DNA of 64,000 nt from Azolla caroliniana (lineage: Eukaryota; Plantae; Polypodiophyta), in contig JBHGNT010000003.1 in NCBI GenBank assembly GCA_043228905.1, forward strand, positions 3,596,001 through 3,660,000. The letters are read 5' to 3'. The notes under the pieces were generated by a model, which did no database searches, had not been told where the DNA came from, and saw nothing but the letters and a program-made list of their open reading frames with translations. Made by a program: the position numbers and the translations under genes. This document shows positions 47,916-59,304 of this stretch, piece by piece. Each line of letters begins with the position of its first letter. Position 1 is the stretch's first letter.

Positions 47916-48685
47916 TGTTGGGAGACAGGTCCCTCCGGATGGGAAGGGAGAAGAACAATGTTGATGAACAAACTCGGCTACGGAGAGCCGGATGGCGCAG
48001 ACCCGGTGAGAACCGGATGAGGAGTACCCGGCTACGGAGAGCCGAATGGTGTAGACCCGGTGAGAACCGGATGAGGAGTACCCGGCTACAGAGAGCCGGA
48101 TGGTGCAGACCCGGTGAGAACCGGATGAGGAGTACCCGACTACGAAGAGCCGGATGGTGCAGACCCGGTGAGGACCAGATGAGGAGTACCCAGCTACGGA
48201 GAGCCGGATGGTGCAGACCCGGTGAGGAGTGCTCACCGGATGAAGAGACATATTAGTAAATATGTTTATGAGAGTCCATCATGGCTATATTTGTAAATAG
48301 CCGAAAAGTCATATTAGTATAAATATGACTTAGGGCAAACTTTTAGTGAGTTGGTATTCTTGTTGGTGCAAGGGGAGAGAGAGCGCGGAACTGTGTACAG
48401 AGAGAGAGAGAAAGAGGTCGTTGCCTCTGTTGTAACCGCCGCCTGTGGTGAGGATCGTGAGCACGAGGTTGTTGCCTCCGTGAACTCACTGTTGTAAATT
48501 CTAGCATAGTGATAGTTTGCAGCCTGTGGGCTGCTGTGGTTTTTCCCTTAGTTTGGGTTTTCCACGTAAACATCCTGCATACTCATCTCTTCTCTTGTGT
48601 TGTGCATTCATTCCCGTTTTCTGTGTATGATTTTAAGCTCGGTTGTGGCCGAGCATTGCGCATAAGGAGCGTTGAGTTCCCGTCA
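47916..48685 (+). mobile_element. Solo LTR (related to copia A LTRs) inside copia B
   Basis: TG..CA, TSD GCCGA (47911-47915 and 48686-48690). Shares GGCTATATTTGTAAATAGCC, CCACGTAAACATC and GTTGTGGCCGAGC blocks with A LTRs. Removing it restores YRAGVAEQLVGYTDAD. Confidence 0.92.
47973..48245 (+). repeat. 54-bp tandem array (about 5 units) in the solo LTR U3
   Basis: Unit CCGGCTACGGAGAGCCGGATGGTGCAGACCCGGTGAGAACCGGATGAGGAGTAC. Confidence 0.92.
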
Positions 48686-49673
48686 GCCGAACAGTTAGTC
48701 GGCTACACGGATGCCGATTGGGCCTAAACTGCCCACGATCGTAGATCCACATCCGGATACTCATTCTCTCTAGGAAGTGGGGCGATTGCGTGGAGCAGTA
48801 AGAAGCAGCCGACAGTAGCACTGTGGAGCACGAAGGCCGAGTATCGAGGGGCGATTGTCGTTGCGTGCGAAGTCATTTGGCTGAAACGGCTATTATGGGA
48901 TCTGCATGTAGAGGTCAAAGCCCTAAAGACAGGAGACGAATTGGAGACAGGCAATTCGGATGAGAGCGGAATTGAATCAAAAGTGTTCGATTCAATCAAA
49001 ATGTTCGATTCGAATACGTTGAATCAACTGAAGGCCATGCGGAGAAAAGGGCAACGAAGGACGCGTTGACACCGCGACCTTGCAAGGGAGCTGAGAAGGG
49101 CCGAACGAGCAGATAATCCGACCGAAAGGGTCGAAGCGCGTGGAATCGAACGAGTTGAGGAGCGCAAGCGAGGCGTGAAGCCAGAAGGAACCGGAGTGTA
49201 GATCCGGCGGAGCAAGTGGAACCTCAAGTTGAGTTTGAGGGGGAGTGTTGAGAGACATGCTCAACATTCGGTGCGAAGTACATAACGTAACCTAGTGCGT
49301 AGACTAGGTGCATGAAAAAGTACGCACAACAGGGCCGCATCAGTGTGAAAACCAAAGAGGCCGTTAGAGCGTTATTCCTCGTAAAGGAATAATTTTGGGA
49401 GTTTGTGTAGTCGGCTCATTTATGAGCATTCAAGTACTGTCAATACTTGTGTCAGCCCGTTTGTCAGGGCTGGTATATAATGTGCTCACTAAGCACGGTG
49501 TATGTACAGAGAACTATTATTTTGAAATAGGTTTGAGTTGTCTACTCTGTCTCTCCCTCTCTCTTTCTCCATCTCTGTGATTTCTGTGTTTTACCTAACT
49601 CTCTTATTCCTCCGAACTGTATACTGTGTGTTTACGCAACACGCTTCCGCATAACGTATTCTTTTACAAAGAT

Positions 49674-52600
49674 CGATGCCACGACATGGGAGGTGATGCA
49701 CATGAAGACGACGGCATACATCAGATGCTTCATTGACATGAGCCTGTACAACAACTTCAATGAAGAAGGCAAGGCTCATGAACTCTGGAAGAAGATAGGC
49801 ATCATGTTCCAGAACAAGAATGTTGTGAATCGAGTCTCGGTTTTCCGAAAGCTAGTGATACTCAGATATCAAGACGGCTCTAGTATGGCGGAGCCCATGA
49901 ATGACTTCCAAGGGCTCATAAATCAAGCCACCTCGTTGGAAGTACCTCAGGCCGATGAGGTACTTGCGTTGCTATTGCTCGGTTCCCTCCTAGATAATAG
50001 GGAGACACTAGTTGTCACCTTGGGCAACGCCAGGCCGGAAGTAAGGCAATTATCCCTAGCAAGAGTGAAGTCGAGCTTGCTAGATTGAAGAGGCGTGTCG
50101 GAAAGACAAGGAAGTGATCTCCAACCCAAAAGCTTTGATTTCCGAATTTGACACACAACGAGGGAAAAACCGGAACCAGAGTCCCTAACCGGGAAAAGTT
50201 GGGGACAAGGTTAAAGTCAAGGGGGAGGCCTACTTGCTTCTATTGTGGGAAGCCAGGGCACTTCCAGAAGAACTGTCAACATTTCCAAAAAGAGAAAGGG
50301 ACCGACAGTGCCAATTCAAAGAAGAGTTCGGACCGAAACGGTTCGGACCGGAAAGGCTTGGATTGAAAGGGAACGTCGGCGATCGTGACAAGTGAAGAAC
50401 AACTGTTGGTCATCACCGAGGAGAATGAGTTAAACCTTATCAGCGACGAGACAACGTGGGTTGTCGATTCGAAAGCATCGTTCCACTTGACACCGGACTA
50501 GAAATGCTTCTCATCCTACATAAACGGAGATCATGTTTGTGTCCGGATGGGGAATGGCTGTACATGCCGAATTGTCGGCATGGGAGATGTGTTGTTGACG
50601 ACATCAACTAGATGAAAGTTGTTGCTAAAAGATGTCTGATATGTTTCGGAGGTTCGGTTGAACCTGATATCAGCCGATCGGCTAGATGATGAAGGCTACA
50701 TGGGTAGCATCTGGAACGAAGTCATGAAGTTCAGCAAAGGGAGCTTGATCATGGCCCGAGCCCAGAAGATCAACACTCCGTATCTGATGCATGCCCAGAT
50801 ATGCCGAGAAGAAGTGAACGTAGCATCCGACACTGCCGGTGAATTGTGGCACAAGAGACTGTGCCATATGAGCCAGAAGGGGATGAGAAGACTTGTCGAA
50901 GATAACCTCATTCAGGAGGTGAAAGATGTGCATCTTGAAAAGTGCACCGATTGTTTGACTGGAAAACAAAAGCAAACCTCTTTCTGGTCAAGACCACTTA
51001 TGAGACAGAATGCACCGCTAGAGCTGGTACACACCAATGTGTGTCAAGTGGACACGAAGTCACATGCAAGATCGCAATACTTTGTGATGTTCATAGAGGA
51101 CCACAGCCAGAAGTTGTGGGTCTTACCGTTGAAGATGAAGGATCAAGTGTTGTCCATCTTCAAGGAGCTCCACGCGAGATAAGAAAGAGAAACCAATCGA
51201 AAGTTGAAGGTGGTTCGAGCAGATACCGGAGGAGAATACCGGGGGCAGTTCGAGGAGTACTGTCGGTTGAAGGGAATCTGGCTCGAATTTACCGTGCCGA
51301 AGACATCAGAACTAAATGGGCTGGCCGAACGAATGAACCGGACCGTGATGGAGAGAGTCTGGAGCATCCTGGCACATGCAAAACTACCCAAGACGTTTTG
51401 GGTTGAGGTGCTTATGATGGCAACTTACATGATAAACAAATCATCCTCAACACCCTTGGAAGGAGATACATCGCAAAGAGTATGGACCGGTAAGGCTATG
51501 TCTTACCAACATCTGAAGGTGTTCGAGTGTCTCGCATATGTGCATGTTACAAAGGACAAGAGAGCAAAGTTGGACCCGAAGTCCCGACAATGCATATTTC
51601 TTGGATACGGTGATGATGAGTTTGGTTATTGAGTGTGGGATCTAGTCGACAAGAAGGTGTTCCGAAGTTGGGACATAGTCTTCATGGAAGACAAGACCAT
51701 TGCTGACTGGGAGTCGAAGAAGAAGATGATGGACTCCGGATCATCCAATGAAAACAGGTTTGAGGACACAAGGACCTACCCGGTGTAAAACCGAAAGTTA
51801 ACCGATAACCGGTTGACACTCGACGAACCGACCGTATTCGGACAAGAAGCCGAACTGACAGAAGAAGAAGAAGAAGAAGAAGACATCGGAACCGGACAAG
51901 ATCCCGAATCAGATTCGGATGAAGAGCAAGTGAAGGAACTAGCAGTTGAAGATCAAGGACGGAGATACCCTCTCAAAGAGAGAGGAGCCCCCCAGAGATT
52001 TCCAGATGTAGAGCAAGTGTTGCTGACCGACGAGGGGGAGCCAGAAAGCTTCGAAGAAGCAAGGAAAGACACCCACAACCACAAGTGGTTAAGTGCCATG
52101 TAGGACGAGATGGATTCCGTATATGAGAACCACACATATGAATTGATAGAGCTATCGAAAGGAAAGAGAGCACTCAAAAACAAGTGGGTGTACAAGCTGA
52201 AACTGGGAAACGCCGGAAATCCACCGAGGTACAAAGCCCGGATCATGGTGAAGGGGTTCCAGCAGAAGAAAGGTGTGGATTTCGACAAGATCTTTTCCCC
52301 GGTTGTAAAGATGACATCCATCCGGACGGTATTGAGCATAGCGGCAAGCATGGACCTTGAGGTCGAGCAGTTGGACGTCAAAAAGACGTTCCTTCATGGT
52401 GAACTCGAGGAAGAAATCTACATGCAACAACTGGAAGGATTTGTGAAGAAAGGGAATGAGCACCTGGTATGTTGGCGAAAGAAGAGCTTATACGGATTGA
52501 AGCAAGCCCCCCGGCAATGGTACCGGAAGTTTGACTCCTTCATGACCGACCAAGGCTACCACAAGACGCAAGTCGATCATTGCGCGTTTGTGAAGAAATT

Positions 52601-53615
52601 TGACGGAGGCGCTTTCTTGATACTCCAGTTGTATGTGGACGACATGCTGATTGTTGGATGAGACCAAATCAAGATCTAAATGCTTAAGAAGGCTCTGAAC
52701 CGGACCTTCTCAATGAAAGATTTGGGTCCGGCATGACAGATATTAGGCATGCACATAATAAAGAACCGGTCAAAGAAGCTCTTGTGGTTGTCACAGGAGA
52801 AATATGTGACAAAGGTGCTTTAGAGGTTCAACATGGCAGATTCAAAGCTAGTAGGGTCAACACTACCGGTAAACTGTAAGTTGTCCGGAAAACAAAGCCC
52901 GAAGACGAAGGCAAAGAAGTCTGATATGATGAAAATACCATATGCCTCTGCCCTCAGAAGCTTAATGTATGCAATGGTGTGCACTCGGCCGAATATTGTA
53001 TATACTGTCGGAGTAGTCAGTTGGTTCATGAGCAATCCGAAAAGAGAGCACTGGAACACGGTCAAGTGGATACTCCGGTATTTGAAAGGCACCTCCAGTA
53101 TGTGCCTTTGATTCGGCTCCAGTAAACCCCTACTGGACGGATTTACGGATTCGGATATGTCAACTTATGTGGATACCAGTCGATCTACATTTGGATATGT
53201 CATGACTTATGCAGGAGGAGCTGTATTGTGGAAGTTGAGGCTGTAGAAGATAGTTGCGTTGTCAACTATAAAGGCGGAGGACATGGCAGCCGTGGAAGCT
53301 GTGGAAGCTGGCAAGGAGATAATCTTGTTGAAGGACTTCATTGGAGATCCAGGGACACAACAGGAAAAATATTAGCTCTATTGTGATAGTCAAAGTGTCA
53401 TCCACCTTGTAAAGAACGTGGCGTACCATCCTAGGACAAAGCACATCCAACACAAGTATCACTGGATCCAGGAGAGATTAGAGGACAAAGACTTCGTGCT
53501 AATGAAGGTTCACACAGAGGAGAATGGGTTGGACATGCTAACCAAGGTGTTAACAACAGACAAGTTGGACGCGTGCCGAAGACGAACCGGACTAATGAGA
53601 CATCCCATGCCGGAG
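49674..53615 (+). pseudogene. Copia A gag-pol pseudogene (continues 43477-43613)
   Basis: CFYCGKPGHFQKNC, WVVDS.ASFH, LWHKRLCHMS, LNGLAERMNRT, IFSPVVKMTSIR, LKQAPRQWY, LYVDDM, YHPRTKHI; many stops. Confidence 0.93.
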
Positions 53616-55710
53616 TCAAGGGGGAGATTGTTGGGATCTCAGTCGCTCCGAATGGGATCCAGATAGGGTCAAGAGGATCGGTTTGGACGAACCGGATCCG
53701 GAAGGGATCCGGATGAGGCCCGAAAATCGGATCAAGTGAATCTGGATGGATCCGGTGCAAACCGGATCCAAGGATATATGTGTAAATATGTTTCATGATG
53801 AGCCTATTGAGGCTATATTTGTAAATAGCCCAAAAGTCATATAAGTATAAATATGACTTGGGGCAATCACTTTATGTATAGAGAGAAAAATATTGTTAGT
53901 TGTAGTTTATTATCTTTGCCATCTTTGTACACACTGAGAGAGAGAGAGAGAGAGAGATGCAGAACAAGTTTATGTTTGTAACCGTCGGTTGGCGAAGACA
54001 TAGAGCTCGAGGTTGTTGCCTCTGAGTCTCCTGTTGTACCTCCTTTCTCATATAGTGATAGTTGGAGTCTGTGGGCTCCCGTTGTTTTTCCCTATTAGGG
54101 TTTCTCACGTAAACATCATGCGTCGTCTCTTCCGTGTAAGTGTATTAGACTCCAAATTTTCCAATTTGTTCTTCCATTAAGTGTTTGAGGCTCGGTTGTG
54201 GCCGAGCGCTATTCCACACAAGATAATCATGCATTAAAAACATATAGAAATGGGCTTGCTTTTATGAATCGGAGATTTGTGATCCTTCTATTGTTATCAA
54301 AGTTTACCTGCATAATTTGAGGAAAAGAAATCAACCAACTATATCACAAGAAGTTTTAGGAATTTTTTATGTGGAAAGTGTCTACTTTCCTTCATGTTTT
54401 TCCTACAAAGCTAGGTACCTTATGTGGGGAAGAATCCACCTTCCCTTGATGTTTCTTACCATGTTCACCAGCATCAACATTAGAAACCCAGGCTACACAT
54501 ACGTGGCAAGGTATCTTGTGGGAAAGAATCATGTTTCTCCACACTGATCAAGCACCATAAGTAATACAAACTGAAGTTCCATATACCTAGCTAGGTGCCC
54601 ATGTGAGAAAAATCAACATTCCTCTGACGTTAGGAATAGCTTCTATAGACAAAACTCTGAATTCATAGGTAGGTGCCCATATGGAAAACAGGTCACTTCC
54701 CTTCTTGTTTTTTTACACTATTTGTACAAGAGTCCTATGGTGTTCTCCCTCGTGTTTACCAACAATACTAACAATATGAAAATTTTCGCGCCAAGGCTTT
54801 GCATACTACAAAATAAGAACAGTTTTCTTCATGTGTCCCTTCAATATTTAACAATATGCCTAGGTAGGTAGGCAAATCTAAGCCTGTCATATTATCTCCT
54901 AATACACTATGTGAGAGTGTTAGTGCAAAAAATGCCTATAAGACTTCATGTGTCTGGCATCCATGTTCATCAAAAATACCCCAAATATTGAGATGTTTTC
55001 AAATAAAAACTCTTCACATATTGAGAGACATTTGTTCATGAAAAAAATCAACAAAATATAAATTGATGATAAATTATAAATTAGAGATAAAGATTAAGAA
55101 CCACTTACACTGCGAGGCAAGACTAATTGGGTCATGGTGTTTTCCATGTAAGCATCATTGAAATGGTTAGAAATATGCAAGAAAAACACTGTGGACATAA
55201 CACTCGGTGATCCATCTTCTGCAAGAAACCCGACACATCTTTCTCTTTGAGGAAAAGAAGCAAACGTGTGGTTTGTGGAAGAAGATGACCCCTTTTCTTG
55301 TTAGGGGGATCACTGATCATGCCATCGCAAACAACTGTTGTGACAAGCCCACGGCTTCGGTAGTAGTCAGCAGAGATTGCGTCTTGTTGGTGCTTTATTC
55401 GGGCAAGGGCTTGGAAGGATAGGTTTCTCTGGTGGTGATGGCGATGGCGATGGCGATGGCGATGATGGTGGTATTGATGATGGTGATTCAATGATCGAAT
55501 AGAAACGAGACACTTGGCAGCAACAGGATGAGGAGAAGGAAGGAGGAGAATTGAGGAAGCTCCCTCTGAGCCTGCTCTGCATAGCTCATGTCGTCTCTTT
55601 CCTGTCTTTCTGTTTCTATAAGCTTTTCATGGAATATACCCCTCCTCTTCTTCTTCTAGGGCTTTCCTTTATTTCCATAGAATGCCCTTCACACAACCCC
55701 CCTTCTTCTC

Positions 55711-56155
55711 AATCTGCAATCACATAGTCTATATCGGAATCGATTCAATTCGATTAACTTTGTACCATCCAATTCTCTTTGATTAACTATGGACCATCTG
55801 ATTTAATTCGATTAACTTTGAACCATTTGGTCCATCTTTGATCACTCTTTGCTCTTTTTTCCGATGCCTGCAAGGGGGGTATCATGATAAATAATGAAAA
55901 ACTCAAGGGGTAACTGCAGAGGTGACAGAAACTCAAGAGAGAGGCATTTCATTTGGAGGAATTTAATATGGAGGCGTTTAATAGAGAGGAGGGGAGAGTT
56001 AGGAAAAGTTATTCGTTAGTTATTCAATGTAAATAAATAGCGATCGTCTGTTTCCCCTTATTCTTAATCTGCAATCACATAGTGTATATTCAATTCGATT
56101 CGATTAACTTTGGACCAAGCGATTCAATTCGATTAACTTTGGACCATCCAATTCC
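55711..56155. repeat. Cluster of short direct repeats (GATTAACTTTGGACCA-like, 5 copies in two blocks)
   Basis: Blocks at about 55711-55826 and 56066-56155, each starting AATCTGCAATCACATAGT. Confidence 0.7.
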
Positions 56156-56299
56156 AAAAGAAATATATTAAGGGATACTCATGGTCTGTTGAGAGACCTC
56201 AAGAAAAACAAAGGCCTCAAGTATCTTTCCCTACAAGATATGGAGATTAGCATGAGTGCGTAGAGGTGTTACACAACTTCACCTCCATCAGGAGCCTCC

Positions 56300-58480
56300 A
56301 CCTTCATTATCTCGCGAGTTTGTTGTGAAATTGGCAGACTTTCATCCCTCACAATCACCGCTTGCAACCTCTCTTTAGAGACTACATATAGTTTTTTCCT
56401 TATCATTCATTGGACAAGGAGCATTAGTTTCCTGTGGCACTAGCTAAACGAACTCTCTCTCTCTATAGGGAAGATATGATAGCAAAGGAACTAATAAATT
56501 TCTTGGAGCACCTAGTACCATCCAACAAGGAGGTGGGTACAACTAGCAACATTGTCACATTGCCTCCTCAATTATACAGTTTGGCAATTAGAGGTTACCC
56601 CTTAGTGGAGTTAAGTTGTTCTGCTATTGTTGCGATGGTGGGTGCACTTTCTTGTTCCAACCTTCCATTATTTGGATATCCTTATAAGAAAGCTACAAAA
56701 TTTGATGCCTAGTTGCAGAGGAACCAACACAATTTTGAGTTTGGATTGGATGTGAGAAGCAACTCTTGAGTGTCATTATCCTGACAACCAATGGTCATGA
56801 CAAGAAAATATTAGGATTGGTGACTCCAGTACTTGGAGCATTATTAGTGCAAATCCAATTGAATTACGAGCATGAAATATTGCCCCACCTAGTGGGAAAC
56901 CATTGTGGAATCAGGCTCACCTCCATGGTGATTAGGTTGAAGGAATGTATATGGAGCAATTGGAAGGTTTTGTGTCACCTAGTCATGAACAATTGTTCTA
57001 CTATCAAAAAGATTCTACAAGGCATAGAAGCACACAACCCAATAGTCATATTAACAATTTAACAATTTCATGCAATCAACCGGATTTTCCCAAAGTGATG
57101 AGAATGATCATTGTCTAGATTTGAAAAATAGAACTCATGAATAAGCTACCCATCGCAATCTCTACATGGATAATATGTTGCTCGCCAACCCAAATGTCAG
57201 TGAGCTTGCAACCAATCTATGACAACAAATTGCTCAACTATGAAGGACTTAGGTCCTACACAACTCATTCTTGGGATGAATATCACGTGACATTGAAACA
57301 CATGATTGTTGTATTTGTCTTGAGCAAATTACTCTTATTGATGCATTAGATTCTACCCAACAAACCCTCACCATGACACAATTAACTTCGCCCATTATAT
57401 AGATTTGGATAAGGAAGACGTTTGGAGAGTTAAAAATAAACCTTTGGTTGTTTCTTCCAATTCACAAGTGGAGCAATCTTGTGCATATATAAACTTGAGT
57501 GTATTGATACCTCGACAATTGAATCAAAATACATAATCGTGTTTGAAACAACTAAGGAAATATTGTTCCTTAGTTGACTAGCTGGCATGTTCTGATTTAT
57601 CAATCCAAATGCGGCTCTAACCCTAGCCAAGGTGTTGTCTCTTTGGTGATGAATCCAAACTTATATTGATTCCACATACTACAACTACAATGGATTCACT
57701 ATCCACCAATCTCAACCTTAGTGTCATGTGCATAGAGAGAAAGAAGCCAAATTTTCAAAGTTCACAAAAGGTCAAGATTCAACCTGAACTAATCACCGTG
57801 GCAAAAAGTGAGAATATAGAGATCAAGGAAACTTCATAATATAACTCAAATGGTAAGAGGCAAGGTCAAAATGCTCTATACTTGTTAAAGGTGTCAAAGA
57901 GGGAAAGATGATTTATGATCCATGACGACAAGGAAACATGAAGTAAATTCATACATTATCATTTACATTTTGAAAAAATCAAGCACTAGTTCAAGGATAA
58001 GATTAAGTGCATGCTAAAATAAGAACAATTGGTGCACATTAAAAAAATGCACCACAATTCATACCCAATATAAAGAGTACCAAAGTTTTATAAAAGGAGT
58101 ACAATAGCTCCTTGTTGAGTTCATTACTATGAAGGTTCCAATACTCTAGCTTCAACGAACCAATCTATGGGGTAGCAAGTTGTGGGGGCACGAGGGACAC
58201 TAACAATGATCAAGGTGACATGTCATTGATCGTAGATGCACCTTTTCAAAACCCAATTATATTGAATTCCTTTTTCACAAAGGGATTAACACAACTCATT
58301 GCTCAGAATGTTGCACTTCCAAGGGTCAATGCAGAGTCCCAAGAGCTCACCTTTGTGTATGTGGGCTAATCTAGGGATTCAGGGACATCACTCCCTAATG
58401 GCAAAGACCACATCATATGTCAACGCATAAAGGCGCTTATCTCTCCACTCAATGAAACCTCATTAGCCTTGAAGGATTCT
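56300..58480 (-). mobile_element. Possible ancient Ty3/gypsy pol remnant
   Basis: Only scattered motif relics on the minus strand (LCIDPWKCN, IRTCQ, NGRLEQ); boundaries approximate. Confidence 0.35.
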
Positions 58481-59304
58481 TAGGTTGATATAATATAAGA
58501 CACACTTACTCACTACATTAATTAATAAATATGTTTGTCTCAATTAAATAGATCATTACTAAATAAGAAACATGTGTAACTCGATTAAGTAGGTGGAAAA
58601 GCTTTATCGAGGAAAGTGGGCACTAAATAGATGTTGAGGGGAAAGAATATGGACCAAAAGGTAGTCCCAATTATGAGGCACTTGAAGACCCATTTGAACT
58701 TAGAGCTCTTATGCTTTTATACAAGTTAGAAACCCTAAAGAATCACTTTCACATTATAATCCCAGTGTCCATTAACTATTCCTACCCACATCTTTTAACA
58801 ACTAATGGGTTTAAATGGAAAAAAAATATAGCACAAAGTAGTGCAAAAATCCTCGAAAGTTGCATTGATTTTTCATCCTCTTCCATGGGATAAAAGCAAG
58901 ATGTGATCCTAAGCTAGTAAAGAAGCTCTCGAAAACTAGCAGTTGAATTTTCATGCCCTTCCTCATAGAGGTAGGCAAGCTTCTTGTGAAAGCTATCAAA
59001 CAAAGTCTTAGGCTTGTAATATAATGGCAGACTGCAGTAAACAAGTTGCAATGAAACTCGTGGCCTTTCTCAATGCATACTCGTGTGAAGCCATTGGGCT
59101 TGAGCTTGCAACACAAAGGTAGTGAAGTGAACTTGGGACAAATCGATTCCTCGTGCCACCATCCATCAATCAGTAACAGGGAAGGAAGGAGGAGGAGGAA
59201 GAGACTGTGAAGAAGGAGGAGAAGGAGAACGAGGCTATGACGGAGGAAGAGGAGGTTATGTAGAAGGAGAAGGAGAAGATTTCTCGTCTTCTGCTGAGAC
59301 AACC

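Larger units (their letters stand above)
44157..48930 (+). pseudogene. Copia B gag-pol pseudogene
   Basis: NYASW, CWYCGKKGHKGSEC, LWHKRFGH..CEAC, HSDVWGP, QQNGVAER, HQMDVKNAFLQG, LYVDD, YTDADWA; stops, frameshifts and deletions. Confidence 0.92.
43614..49668 (+). mobile_element. Ty1/copia element B nested in the gag of element A
   Basis: LTRs 43614-44048 and 49246-49668, TSD AAGAT (43609-43613 and 49669-49673), PBS TGGTATCAGAGC (tRNA-iMet) at 44049, PPT GAGGGGGAG. Confidence 0.96.
42839..54220 (+). mobile_element. Ty1/copia element A (Tnt1/Tork-like), degenerate, hosts nested insertions
   Basis: LTRs 42839-43447 and 53629-54220, TSD AGATA (42834-42838 and 54221-54225), decayed Met PBS TAGTATTAGAGC, PPT AAGGGGGAGA. 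Confidence 0.93.

Noticed and set aside
47838-48256. 18-aa repeat proteins on both strands, or a CRISPR-like array
   Set aside because: Simple 54-bp tandem repeat in an LTR; no unique spacers, no cas genes, eukaryotic context.
55420-55491. His/Arg-repeat protein (ORF 55132-55491)
   Set aside because: Product of a (GGCGAT)n microsatellite read in an alternative frame.
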